Positions 13,497 through 27,198 of a stretch of 64,000 bases of DNA are shown in pieces. The notes beneath the pieces are model-generated. The model saw only the letters and a list, made by a program, of their open reading frames with translations, did no database searches and was not told where the DNA came from. How positions within the stretch are numbered: position 1 is the stretch's first letter; each line of letters begins with the position of its first letter. Source of the DNA: Mytilus edulis. Lineage: Eukaryota. Location of the stretch: NCBI RefSeq assembly GCF_963676685.1, contig NC_092353.1, forward strand, positions 12,958,001-13,022,000, in the 5' to 3' direction. The position numbers and the translations under genes are program-made.

Positions 13497-14394
13497 CGCT
13501 CAGGGTTAAATAATCGAATATAAATGCCAAAACCATGGTTAAATGAAAACACATTTACGGCTGCCATGAAATAATTCTTAAATAACTTACTTTTGACTTT
13601 GATCTACAGTAACTGGTTGTATCGTTGATTTTGAGAAACAGCATCCCATTTTTACGATTGCATTTAAATGGAGCTATACTCAATCAGCACTTCATTCAAT
13701 GCACCGATCTGCCGTATCTGATTCACTGTGTAAGATATACAATTAAGCGGTAAAGTTAATTGAAATAACGATTATCAATTGTATTTAAATATGTCTTATT
13801 TATACTGACAAACGCAAAAACTTAAGGCCTAATTTATGTACAAAATATTGATCATAAAACAAATTTATAATACAGCAATAAACGACAACCACAGAGTTAC
13901 AGGGTCCTGACTTGGTACAGGCAAATAAAAAATGTGGCGGGGTTAAACTAGTTTGAAGGCGCTAATCCTCCCCATTACCTGAGTGTTACAGTACAACAAA
14001 ACAACAAACTATAAAATCAGTTGAAAAAGGCTTTACTCATCAGATGGATAAAAATAAATTTAACAAAAACACAAGTAGACGTGGACGGGTACATGTTCAT
14101 CCGAACAACAAAAAGACACCAAGAACAGATCTAAGAGTACTAGCAGTTATTGAAAGCTAGTTCAAAGTGAATAACAACTAATACAAATAATCATGCATCT
14201 AAGACAAAATAATCAATCAGCCACATCCAACATCCAATAGATTTAAGCAAAGACGTCATAAACAGTCAGAGAAAAACATGACCTTATGCAATGCCAAGAT
14301 ATAGGTATTGATATATTGTAGAGCCATGAATGTGTATATGTATATAACAATAACATTGTAACTGAGTTAACGTTTTCACCGGTTTTGTACTTGA

Positions 14395-14630
14395 ATAAGC
14401 AACACGACAGGTGTCACATGTGGAGCAGAATCTGTGAGCACCGGGGATTACTCTTAGTTTTTGACGGAGTTTTTGTTTCTCAGTCTTTAGTTTTCTAGTG
14501 TTGTGTTTGTGTATTGTAGTTTGTATGTTCGTCTATTCGTCTGTTAGTCTCTTTCTTTGTTAGATATGGCGTTGTCAGATTATTTTCGATTTGTAAATAT
14601 CTCTAAGACATCTTGTACCTCTCTTTTTAA
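14395..14630 (+). mobile_element. Diverged Penelope-like 3' UTR fragment
   Basis: AAGCAACACGACAGGTGTCACATGTGGAGCAG...ATGGCGTTGTCAG...CCTCTCTTTT resembles the reverse complement of 42392-42625. Confidence 0.55.
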
Positions 14631-16750
14631 AGATTATAAGTGGTACTTTTATAGGTCCAAAACACAAACTTGCAAACAAAAGCTCTTTTTGTTGTATACA
14701 CAAAAATTAGGAATTTACATTTTCCTGGAAATTTAAAGTTTTAACTATTTGAATATCTTTTGTACGGATAAAACATATATGATTTTGAAATAAGTTCATT
14801 TACAATCCAAAACAAGAATTTGAAATCTGAGATGGAACTCCCAAAACGTTATGATGAATGAAGAATTAGGAAGGTAGTATAAGTAACACTCATGTCTGAT
14901 AAATTATGATATCGTTTAGTATTTGAAAGCTAGAAATTAAAAACAAAGATATTAGTTGAATATTCAAATTTATTTTTAAACAACATTCTTTAGTCGTTAT
15001 AATTTTCACCACGAGACTAGTTAAAACATTATTTAACGACTTTCCAAATTGATTATAAATTATCTATTCGTTTGATGTGTTTTGAGCTTTTTAATTCGTT
15101 ATTGATTATTGATTTTTCGTTTTGAATTTTCATCAGATATAATCAATGTATTAGTTTTAAAAGTAAAGTCTAGTCGGAGTTGTAAAATATAGATTTTATC
15201 GTTTGACAATATATGTAAGTGCACAAATATGAGTTGTTTTAAGCTCAATGATGACTTTGAATCTTGATTTCAAAGAAAACTTGCAATCTAAAAATTCTAT
15301 ATAAACTTGTCGATGGTACAACAGCCATTTTGTTTTTGTTTTTATGAATCTGGTGGTGACGAATATCATCATTTAATATGTAGATGTATTAAGAGTGTTT
15401 TTGCTGTATTGAGAAAGAAATACATTTCTATATGTTTTATCGCAGCTCATTTGTACTGAAAAAGGACGTTATCATTTAATTTGTATAACTGTTAGTTTTA
15501 TTTAGCATATTATCCTGATTGAGCACGAAACTGTCTTCACTCATGTAAATGAGTACATACACAGTTTTGTAATCTATAGAATGAACATTTTTGTTTTTAG
15601 TTTACTAATTATTTGTCATTTATTATGTTCGATTTGTAATTTGTCTTTATGTTATACATAGTTTGAGTCTGAATGTAAATACAAAATTCATTTTTACAGA
15701 TCAACTTTTTGTAGTTACTACAATCCCGAATTTCTACTTATTATGCACTTTGTGTTCAATTGTTTTCCTTGTCCAATCCAGTATTTGTTTGAATTCTTGT
15801 TGGATCGGTAATGCGTTTTTGTGCAATCTTTTGTTAAATAATGTGCGTTGTTTCGAATTCTTGATCATAGTATTGTCCAACTTTCTTCGACTGATTGTAT
15901 TTGATTTTCCCCTTAGTAACAATTTTGTACTTTTGGTGCATTTATTCTTTCTTCATTTTCTTTAGCATGTTTAAAAAGTGAGCGAATCTTGCTTACATTA
16001 TTATTACGATCGTTGTCTACTTAAGTTAACGTTAACATAATGTACAACATTCAACTATAAAAATAAAAATTATTAAATTAAAAGTGATTTTTTTTTGGAT
16101 AATAAACTTCTCACCGGTTCATTTCTAGTAGATTTAACATTTGTTTTTATTGTATTGCCTTGTTGTGTACATATACATCCTTTTTTAACTGTTATATGTG
16201 TCATAGTTTATCTAAAATGCCTGTTATACGACGGACATAAAATTATATTTCAAATTCAAGTTGAACCATTCAAACCAAATAATCATTATTTAGAAGAAAA
16301 ATATATTTAAAATTACTCCATTTCACAGTTCATGTTATTTTTAGGACATGGATTGTCTAATAGATTCGCCTCAGTTGTCTCTTGTCGGTATAGTTCAAAG
16401 AATAGTATATGTATAACATATCACATAATCATGTGTTTGTCCGGAATAGCATTTAATTCGCTACTGTACATTAAACCGCCATCCATCCGCCCATTGATTG
16501 TCTTATAAATAATTGTATTATTTAAGGAAGTTTGTCTTCTTATAATTAAGATAGTTTGAATCATATGTGGGTATTAATGTTGAAATGAAAGATATGAGAC
16601 CAACTTCCCCAAGGAAATTACCTTCACATTAGGCCAATTTTTATTCAAAATCCTTTCAATTTTATCAAAACGTACAATAACAAAAATACTATACTCTGAG
16701 GAAAATTCAAACTGAAAGTCCCTAATCAAATTACAAAATCAAATGATAAG

Positions 16751-16980
16751 TACGGATATATACTACACAATAATTTATTTACCTTTATAAAGATTGGAAA
16801 CACCACTATATGTCAGATAAATAAGTACTAATATTTTAAGTAAAATATATACCGTTATAGCTAAATGCATTTGCATATTTTACTTTGTAATTATAAGATA
16901 CGGATATACTACCAAAAAATTTATTTACCTTTATAAAGATTGGAAGCACCACTCCATTTAACACAAATAAGTACTAATAT
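16751..16980. repeat. Local direct duplication (about 85 bp, two copies)
   Basis: TACGGATATA...TTTATTTACCTTTTATAAAGATTGGAA...AAATAAGTACTAATA occurs at about 16751 and about 16899. Confidence 0.7.
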
Positions 16981-17462
16981 AAGTACATGTTTTTAAATGA
17001 CAACGCTTGGCATTTAAATTTATTTTGTTACAAATATACAGTCACATGAAATAAGTTACATAAAACAAATGAAAAATAAAATATTTATTGGTTGTAATCA
17101 TACCTGTACAAGTTTAGTCGACAAATTGCATGACATATAATTTAACTGATAACGTTGCGATATATACAATTTTTGATGATAGTTTGACTTCCTTAGCAAC
17201 CATGTATTTATAATCAGCCATGATATCTTGTTCCCAGCTGTAAAACAATAAATTATGTAGGAACAAAAAATTGAGGAAGTTTTTGTAAAACCGGTAAATA
17301 TAGATTTCAATAGTTAAAAAAGGTTCCTTATTGAATTTTATCGGTTTAGTCTTTTATTTTGAATAGAGGTGTTAACATGCATGAGAACAAATTTTGATTT
17401 GTTTCAATTCCTATGAATGGTCCAAAACTAAGCTACTTTCTATTCGATTTTATTGTTCAAAT

Positions 17463-18277
17463 GAGGGACGAAAGATACCAAATGGACAGTCAAACTCATA
17501 AATCGAAATAAAACTGACAACGCCTGGCTACAAATGAAAGAAGAAAGACAATAGAACACATGACACAACATAGAAAACTAAAGAATAAGTAATACGAACT
17601 CCACCAAAAACTAGGGGTGATCTCAGGTGTTCTAGTAGTTAAGCAGATCGTGCTTCACATGTGGCACCCGTCGTGTTGCTTATGTTATTACAAATCCGGT
17701 AAATAGTCTAATTCGGTAGGTCACATTCATGAAAGGGAAGGAAATTGTAATGACGACGTAAGGAACATATCCCATATCATCTGTGACATGGTTATTCCAT
17801 AACGGTCAACCAACTCGTGATGGCGTCCGTAAAATTTACGAAGGGATGATTTCAACTTCACCTTTGAAACTCTTGGTTTAAGCAACCTTCTATCAAGAAA
17901 ATTATGATAGGAAATGAAAGCACGGGAATATCGTATCAATTGGGAGATATATACCCCGTATGCAGGTGCTGCTGGAATGTTGCTACTTAGAAATGGAAAG
18001 TTCACAATTGGAAAGCTGAAATCATTTCTTTTGTCTTAAAGTTTTGTTTTCAACCGACCCTCATTGTAAATTTCTAGATGTAAATCAAGATATGAGGCCG
18101 ACTTTACTGTATCTGTTGTATCCTTTATTTCTAGTTCGATTGGATAAATGCGTTCAACATAGTCACCGAATTTTGAATTATTTAGTGAAAGAACGTCATC
18201 TATATAGTGGAAAGTAGAGATTAAGGATATTGCTAACTTCTTATCTTTCTTCCTAAGAAGTTCCTGAATGAAGTCAG
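17463..18277 (-). mobile_element. 5'-truncated Penelope-like retroelement fragment
   Basis: Matches about 42395-43236; encodes NFPFLSSNIPAAPAYGVYISQLIRYSRA with an internal deletion and stops. Confidence 0.88.
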
Positions 18278-18730
18278 TTTATTGTACATGTACAATCTAT
18301 ATAAGTTTTGCTTTGTATCTGTTATACAAGACTTATGACATTTACCAAATTCACAAACGCATTATCCAATTTTAGCCTTATACATGTAATTGTGAATTGA
18401 TTTGAGTTTTTCAGAATAAGTGAATACTTCAGTCCTTCAACGATTGTTTACTTTGTCTTTGGTCAAGATTTTCCCTTTCGCGCTTACGCTGTCCCATTGC
18501 CTGATTCCTATTGAAAGATACCATGGTTAAGGTCACTTGCTGCTAAAGAAAAGCTGTCAGCGAAATAGAGTAAGAGGAGACAATACATTCAATTAGTGTA
18601 CTTTTCAGAAGATTTTTATAAGAGAAAGAATTGATTTAAATATCGTCTTTGTTCAAACGTTACATTCAATAATAAATTATTGAAAATCTGAATGAAAGTA
18701 AATGGCGTTTAACATAATTGGCTATGGTTT

Positions 18731-18893
18731 TATCGTAGAGTGGTTGTTTCGGACACACATTAAGGCTTAGTAAATAAGAACGTCTGCTTGCAATGATACT
18801 TGTATTGAACTCTGAAAAGCTAACGTCACAACAACGGTGACGTCATTTTTATATAGAGTGGTAGCGGGAACACCTCATATGCAATTCTTAACA
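18731..18893 (-). repeat. 3' LTR of BEL element 1
   Basis: Direct repeat of 32591-32753; the sense strand begins TGTTAAG and ends CGATA. Confidence 0.93.
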
Positions 18894-21800
18894 TTCTGGG
18901 TGCCCGCAAATGAATTTAATTACAATAAAATGAAAATAAAATATGAAAATTTCACTTTGAATTACTGTCTCTGAAAACTTTGAATAGCTTTAACTGTCTT
19001 TGATCATGAGCACGGATAAAATAAAATTATTTTACATTTAACAGTTCATAAAATTATACGATAGTCTCATTTGGTCCACATCTTTATCTTTTCCTTTGCA
19101 TCGGTCTTCGCTCGTCTGGCGGGTAGTATTTCATCACACGGTCCTGTGTATTCATTAGATGTTAGTTCTAGAGGATATAACTTGCTAATAGGTCTAGACT
19201 TTTGACCATTTTTAGTCCGTAAAATAGCTGATCTGCTAAACCCATCTCGTCCTTGAATCAATTTGTCGATGATCCCTATATTCCAAGTTGTTCTTGAAGT
19301 TTCATCATGTATTAGAACTACCTCTCCAATATTAATATTCTGTGTGTCCACTCCTTTAGTTCGATGTTGTTCTCTAAGTGATGTAAGGTATTCACGTTTC
19401 CACCTTGTCCAGAAATTGTCAATGATATGATTTTGAATCTGTAACAATTTATTAGATGATGCTTAGGTTTTTTTTGGTGTGTTAAGGTTTTTTTTGGTGT
19501 GTTAAGGTTTTTGAATTTTCAATGTTTCCATCTAAAGTTCCGGTGTACGGTAAAATCGTAATTCTTCTTCCGTAGAGTAAATGTGAGGGTGTCAATGGTT
19601 CATTATCCGTTGGATCCGATGATAGGTACGTCAACGGACGATCATTAAGAATAGCTTCCACTTCTGTGACGATAGTTTCAAGTACACGTAAACTCACAAA
19701 TGCCTTTCCTAAAACTTTTTTTATACAGTTTTTTGTCAAACCTATTAATCTTTCCCACCAAACACCGTACCATTGTGCACGTTTCGGTATAAACTTCCAT
19801 ACTGTTCCATACGAATTTAATTGTTCATTTAAAAACGGTGACTTGGTCAGAAACTCTATTTTCTTTGCCGAAGCTACATAGGTTGTACCATTATCTGATA
19901 TCATGATTTTTGGTAATGACTTCCTGCTAGTAAATCGGCGAAACACTAAAATAAACGTCTCTTCTGTAAGATCTTCTACAATTTCTAGGAGTACGGCCCT
20001 TGTATTCGCACAAGTAAATAGGCAAATGTACGCTTTTCCTCCAACTTCATTTTTAGTTTTGATGCTCAATGCACCAGTAAAGTCAACGCCTGTTACAGTA
20101 AACGGCGGCGAATCTCTTAGTCTGTCTGCTGGTAGAGGCGGCGGGTCCGGAGTAGCCTACGGTCTTCCTGTAACCTTTCGGCAAGTAACACATTTGTGAA
20201 TAATTGTTTTCACATATTGTCGGATTGGTGGAATCCAGTAAAACTGTCGTAAAGAAGTGACAGTACTTTCTTATCCAGAGTGAAGTAGTCTATTGTGGGC
20301 ATCCATTATAATTAGAGTTGATAATGTATCCTTATTTGGCAATGATATCGGGAACTTGGCTGAAGCGGCAATAGGTGCGTTGTTTAAACGTCCGCCACAA
20401 CGTATTAACCTTTTCTCGTCCAGGTACAATTTCAACTGCTTTACAAGATTATTTTTTGACGTTTTCTGTTGTAAACTGTGAAACACATCCGGGTAAATTC
20501 GAAGCTGTGAATCCTGTATCCAAGCAACGGATGCTATCTGAATTTCCTCTACATTTACAGGTAGCTCCGGATCCAAATAAGACGGATTTGAATCGGTAAA
20601 CTGAGAGCTGACTTGTAGAGTCTGTAGGATCGGAAAATCAAAAAAAATCTAGTTACATCGCGGTCTTTTTCTTCTAAACCAACATTCAAAAGTTTCTGGT
20701 ACGCTCCATACCTATCTATATCCATGGTTTTATTTATTCCCACTGTAATACTTGTCGCTGTATCGTTTGTGTTTGTTGATAAGTTATCTTTGGTTAGAGT
20801 TGTATATATTAGAGCTTCTTCTTTTTTCCACTGAGGCCATTTTGCAGTATCAACAATCCATCCGGGGCCTTTCATCCATCATCCATTCACAGCTGTCATT
20901 ACCTCTTGAAAGTAAGTCTGCGGGGTTTGAATCAGTCGGAGAGTATCTCCAGGAAAATCCATGCGTAAGCTGATTTATTTCCGCAACTCTGTTTTTGACG
21001 AAAATCGGTACTTGTTTCTTAGTCATTAACCAACTCAGTGTAATTTGACTGTCACTCCAAAGTGTTGCTTGTGAAAAGCTGATATATGACTTCAAATGTT
21101 TCAGTAATCTACTCCCTATCATTGCTGCCATGAGCTCAAGTTTCGGAATTGTCATGTTTTTCAATGGGGCAAGTCTGTTTCTAGACATAATCAACGTAGA
21201 CTGGTCCCCGCAAACTACATATGCACATGCTCCATACACCTTTAAACTTGCATCTGTGAATATGTGTAGTGAAATATCTTCCGTTGATCTCCTTTCTTTG
21301 AAATACGGTCTTAATATTTCAGTCTCTATACATTCTTTTGTGTCTCGTTGAATTTCTTTCCATTCCATTATAGTTTCTGACGATAACGGTTCATCCCAAT
21401 CCAGTTTTTTCTCCCATAGGGTCTGCATGAACATTTTGCTCCTTACTGTTATCGGACTTATAATTCCTAGAGGGTCGTATATTTTTGAAGATTGTCTAAG
21501 AATTTCACGCTTTGTAATCAAATGATCCTCCATTTCGACGTATTCCTGTTTTGCGAAAGTAAGCGTGTCCTTGTCTGTATTCCATCTAAGTCCTAATACC
21601 TAGTACCTAATAAAGTTTGTCATTATCAAGTACATTTTCTGACGTTGCACGATCTTGTAAAGTCTTGTTGTTTGATACCCAAGAGCGTAAATTAAAACCC
21701 GCTTTTTTAAATAAGGTACGAGATGTGTCAAAATATTGTAGTAATTGGCTCTCGGCTGGAAAACTTGAAATTATGTTGTCAACGTAAAGATCCTTCTGTA

Positions 21801-21985
21801 TAGCATCAGTCCATTCACATGTATTTCACTTAGGTGCTTTTGAACAACGGCATTTAAAATAAATGGAGAACAGGTAGCTCCAAATAAGACGGATTTGAAT
21901 CGGTAAACTGAGAGCGGACTTGTAGAGTCTGTAGGATCGGAAAACTAAAAACATCTAGTTACATCACGGTCTTTCTCTTCTACCC

Positions 21986-22454
21986 AGGTTGCAGTCTTGT
22001 AATTGATTGCTCCATAGGCTTACATGCAAGACAGCTGATCTTCAAAAATTTTTTATTCAAAAATGCTACATAGAAAAAATATTTAGTCTACATATCATGC
22101 ATTTAGTAATGTTATACTATGATTTCATGCAAAAAAATGGCACCTTGCCACGAAGAATAAAAAGTTAATCAACCTCAATGTCAAAACTCCATTTTTCTAC
22201 TTTCTGTTTGCTGTTTTCATCCGACCGCACCACTTCTAGTAAACATGAGATCCTTCCACCTTCCTGTTTTAATTTCTGAAAAAAGATGCCATATTTTTGT
22301 TACATTTAAATAGTACTTTCAATTCATCACAAAGTTTTAATTAAACAGTTAATAGGCAGTGCAGAAAAAAATTCAGAAAAATTGGGACTATTTTATTACC
22401 CTCCATGTTTTGACATGCACCGGAAATTGAAAATGTAATACAAGACTGGTACCT
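21986..22454 (+). repeat. Long terminal direct repeat 1 (with its own TIRs)
   Basis: AGGTTGCAG...CTGGTACCT; near-identical to 26042-26512 and 29772-30225. Confidence 0.92.
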
Positions 22455-23140
22455 ACAACCGATTCAACATTGCTCGGAAAATTACTAAAAAATTATTTAA
22501 GAAAGAAGAACCATATTCTGACTTGTATGCCAAATTATTTTTGTATTACTATTAAATTGCGGCTAAAATTTCATTTTTTAGACTTGTACCCTTTTTGGGA
22601 TATTTCAGATTTTTTTTCTTTTTTTAACTATAGGGTCAACTCTAGTTTGTGCTTATAAATTTTTTCTATAGAAGATTTTAAGCTCAATGTGTGATATTTT
22701 TGTTCATTATATATTGATCTTACTAATTATTAAAGAAAAAACTGTATATTTTAATATTATGTAATTTTTATGTATCTTTAATTACTGTATTGTAAAAAAG
22801 TTGCTTTTTATCAAATAAAAGTTAGATTGTTTTCTTGGTGTTAGTTTTAATTCTTCATAATTAGATGACTCTGTGTAGCAGAATGTGTGTAGGTTCTTTT
22901 GACTGCTTGATGGTTTTATGGTACTTCACACCTAGGTTAGAATTGGGTCTTTAATGTCATGTGGTGGAATTCTATTGAATTGTCATTATCATCCCTAAGG
23001 TTCTAAGAGGCTGTAATATCTGGCATTTATATGCAATCAGGTGCATTTTTGTGGTGTTTTGACTTTTGACACAGTTGATTGATGATGTTGGAAAAGTATA
23101 AATTCAGAAGAATTTTCAAAATAGGCATCAGAGTTCAAAG

Positions 23141-25500
23141 ATGCCATATACAAGTAAGTCCAAAAGTGTACCGTTTAAGAAGGGAGATGATGATAGGAGA
23201 CTAATTCCTGTTGTTGAGTGGGATGAAAAGACTGAAATTAGAAAGAAATATGTCAGGCCAGATGCTGGCAAGACCAAAGAAGAAAGTTTGAATGACAAAG
23301 CCTTGACAATTTTGAAGGAAAATGTAACCAAGGTAGATAACTCAAAAAACTCAAAAGTAATATCTGTACTGAGACCAAAGCCTGGGGAATCCAGTGTGTT
23401 TGAAAGATATACAGACAACTTAATCAGAGGAGATAGGAACACCTATAGGTTTTTGCATGCAGATAGAACCTGTAAACTATTCACTAGAGCCTTTCATGAA
23501 CATTTGGAGCAGTCACCAGGCTGTTATGGGAACTTTCAATTTGATTATGATGCCGAAGAGCAGAGAACCATGTGTTGGAGAGAAAAAGTGGTTTGTACCC
23601 TGTGTAATTACGAGTCCTTGATGTACCCCTTGTATGAGGAGATAGAGGAGGAAGGAAAAAAGGGCAGGAAAGCAGGTGCTCCCAACAGAAGGTTGCAAAT
23701 TGGACTTGCAGATACAGGTATTTCAAATACTGCATGGTGCCAATTGATGCGTACCGTTAGCCATCCAGCTCCTTCAAGGACCGACATGCAGAGACAATCC
23801 AATGAATGTGGTGATATGTTGGTCGATATGAACAGGGAAGATATGAAACAGCAGCGACAAATTGTAAAACAAGCATTCTAATGCAACAACGTTTGTAACG
23901 TTCATTTTGATTGGATAACGTCACTTTCTTACATGGCATCAATTGACAATTGATGCTATGGGACGTACGCGCAAGCGCAGACGGCATATGACAGATTTTA
24001 AATACATGTTTTAACGTTGTTTTCTGTCAGTTTCATTAGAATGGAGATAACAATATTGTATTTTAAGCTCCGACGGCATCAATTTGGGATTTGATGGTCG
24101 CAAATACCCGTTTACTGTCTCCGCTAACGCGTCGCCAGTAAACTTAATTTGCGACCATCAAATCCCCACTTGATGCCGTCGGAGCTAAAAATACGATACA
24201 GTTATCTCCTAATTGGAGCGGTCAGGGTTTTCCAACTGACACACCGATACCAGCAGAATGTGACACTCGATACAACAATCCGCTGTTTGGATCTCGAACG
24301 AGGACCCCGTTTCAACCTGGGACACAAGCAACAACCACCATTGTTGAAAATGTGACAGCTAGGAAGAAGATCATTGCTGTACATGGTGCAAATAAGCTCT
24401 GCAAAACAGCCAGCTATCTAAGGTCAACTGGGGAAAATGCAATGTGTCCGGGACACAAAGGCCACTGTTCTGCAAACTTAAAACCATGGGACTCTATTGG
24501 TAATGAGGAATTGTATGGTGAATTACTGGCAGACCAATTAGCAGAAGATGAACAGCCTCTAGTTATTGGGCAATTAACAACAGATGGGGACAGCCATGCC
24601 TCCAGAGGTTTCAGCAAGAAACATAGTGAAAGTGTTAACCTGACACCAGAAAACTTGCGGGACCCACGACACTTGGCGTCAACACAATTGTGGAGCATTG
24701 ATAAGGCAGCTTTTAGTGAATTCATGTTTGACGGAAGGACGAAAGCAAACCGTGAGAAGATTCACAGGAGATTTTCCTTGGATTTAACCAACAGATGCAC
24801 TGTAGAATATAACTTTGCAATCAAGGAGGCTGCTGGGAAATTGGATAAACTTGTAAATAGACTAAGTTATGTAGCTGATTGTATTATTGACTGTTACACA
24901 GGACATTGTGGAGAGACATGCCGTGCCTATTCGTATATTTGTAAAGGGACAGAAAGTGATTTCTGGGGAAACGAGTTCTTGCCTGAACATGCCAGATGCC
25001 TTTATATGACAGAGGATGATGAAAAACTAGTGCGTGACTGTATGAACATAAGATTTGGGAGGAAAAACTTGGAGAAAACGCGATTGGGAACAAGTACCCA
25101 AAAATGTGAAGCTACAAACAGAGGATATAATAAGTCAAATCCTAAGGATATTACCTACCAGAGAAATTTTCCTGCTAGAATTCACTCCACTGCACATAGA
25201 ATTAATCATAGACCTGGAGAATCAGCTGTTTTAAAATGTGAAGCTCTTGGTGTACCACTTTCTCCAAATTCACGTCCGATCCATCAACTGAAAAGGGAAG
25301 ACGAAATTTATGAATACCACCAGTTGTGTAAAAAAAATCCTGTTGTTAAACATGAACGAACTGTTTCGAAACTTGAAAGATTTGAACTTTACGATGAAAA
25401 ATCTGTAGAAAAAGAGACATATCAGAAAGATCTGTTGGATTCAGAGAAGACTTTAACAAGTAAACGGAGAACTCGTGCTGATTTTTCTTATACAAAGTGA
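23141..25500 (+). pseudogene. DDE transposase, unit 1, split by a 334-bp insertion
   Basis: The 246-aa and 382-aa ORFs are the N- and C-terminal parts of the 676-aa protein of unit 2; the foreign sequence occupies 23878-24211. Confidence 0.9.
23878..24211. mobile_element. Non-autonomous double-hairpin insertion with apparent ATT target duplication
   Basis: Absent from unit 2 (GCATT|GGAGCG). Flanked by ATT at 23875-23877 and 24212-24214. Contains a long inverted repeat at 24043-24209. Confidence 0.8.
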
Positions 25501-25529
25501 TATTTCTGTATTTTACTTACTTACTGCAA

Positions 25530-25933
25530 CTAAATTATGCATTCTGGGTACATTCCATGTGTCTGACAGGTTTGTGGAACTAAATGTTTACATACTTGTC
25601 TGCTATTATTTATATTGGGAGGTTCTAGAGACAAATGTTCAGGATTTATACACAAACTATTGTGACATAGGTGCGAAACATGTAAATCCGCAGCCATCTC
25701 TGTTAGATCATTTTGTAACATAAACATGAATCTATGGGCCAGATAAAATTTTGTTCTTCCATTTGGCCACTTTACTTTAAGGCGACCATATTTTGGACCA
25801 CGAGTTAAACCCCTTTCTCTTTGATTGACCGAAAATAATGTCGACCAAAATTGACAACCCTTGGAATTTTGGACATTTGATCAATTTTTGAAATTAAGCC
25901 TGTTAATTGCACAACTTTCCACTGAGGATCCAT
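25530..25933 (-). pseudogene. His-Me finger endonuclease, unit 1 (1-bp frameshift near 25875)
   Basis: GGACATTTGA here versus GGACATTTTGA in unit 2 splits the ORF; the C-terminal SHLCHNSLCINPEHL...CQTHGMYPEC is intact. Confidence 0.85.
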
Positions 25934-26041
25934 TTTAAAAATACCATGAGGTAGTATAGTACCCAGAATATGTAAATCAGTTGCAGCATCCTGGGAAATT
26001 TGCATTTTTAACATGAAAAAAAATTCCAAAAATAACTACCC

Positions 26042-26512
26042 AGGTTGCAGTCTTGTAATTGATTGCTCCATAGGCTTACATGCAAAACAGCTGATCTTCA
26101 AAATTTTTTTATTCAAAAATACTACATAGAAAAAATATTAAGTCTACATATCATGCATTTAGTAATGTTATACTATGATTTCATGCAAAAAAAATGGCGC
26201 CTTGCCACGAAGAATAAAAAGTTAATCAACCTCAATGTCAAAACTCCATTTTTCTACTTTCTGTTTGCTGTTTTCATCCGACCGCACCACTTCTAGTAAA
26301 CATGAGATCCTTCCACCTTCCTGTTTTAATTTCTGAAAAAAAGATGCCATATTTTTGTTACATTTAAATAGTACTTTCAATTCATCACAAAGTTTTAATT
26401 AAACAGTTAATAGGCAGTGCAGAAAAAAATTCAGAAAAATTGGGACTATTTTATTACCCTCCATGTTTTGACATGCACCGGAAATTGAAAATGTAATACA
26501 AGACTGGTACCT
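26042..26512 (+). repeat. Long terminal direct repeat 2 (shared middle repeat)
   Basis: Same sequence as LTDR1 with a few substitutions; lies between the endonuclease of unit 1 and the transposase of unit 2. Confidence 0.92.
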
Positions 26513-27198
26513 ACAACCGATTCCACATTGCTCGGAAAATTACTAAAAAATTATTTAAGAAAGAAGAACCATATTCTGACTTGTATGCCAAATTATTTTT
26601 GTATTACTATTAAATTGCGGCTAAAATTTCATTTTTTAGACTTGTACCCTTTTTGGGATATTTCAGATTTTTTTTCTTTTTTTAACTATAGGGTCAACTC
26701 TAGTTTGTGCTTATAAATTTTTTCTATAGAAGATTTTAAGCTCAATGTGTGATATTTTTGTTCATTATATATTGATCTTACTAATTATTAAAGAAGAAAC
26801 TGTATATTTTAATAATATGTAATTTTTATGTATCTTTAATTACTGTATTGTAAAAAAGTTGCTTTTTATCAAATAAAAGTTAGATTGTTTTCTTGGTGTT
26901 AGTTTTAATTCTTCATAATTAGATGACTCTGTGTAGCAGAATGTGTGTAGGTTCTTTTGACTGCTTGATGGTTTTTTGGTACTTCACACCTAGGTTAGAA
27001 TTGGGTCTTTAATGTCATGTGGTGGAATTCTATTGAATTGTCATTATCATCCCTAAGGTTCTAAGAGGCTGTAATATCTGGCATTTATATGCAATCAGGT
27101 GCATTTTTGTGGTGTTTTGACTTTTGACACAGTTGATTGATGATGTTAGAAAAGTATAAATTCAGAAGAATTTTCAAAATAGGCATCAGAGTTCAAAG

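Noticed and set aside
15663-15965. Short ORFs (and the MVSFNR.. ORF near 18430-18525) as the missing first exon of KY-like paralog A
   Set aside because: No recognisable motif or convincing in-phase splice donor; this cannot be supported without transcripts.
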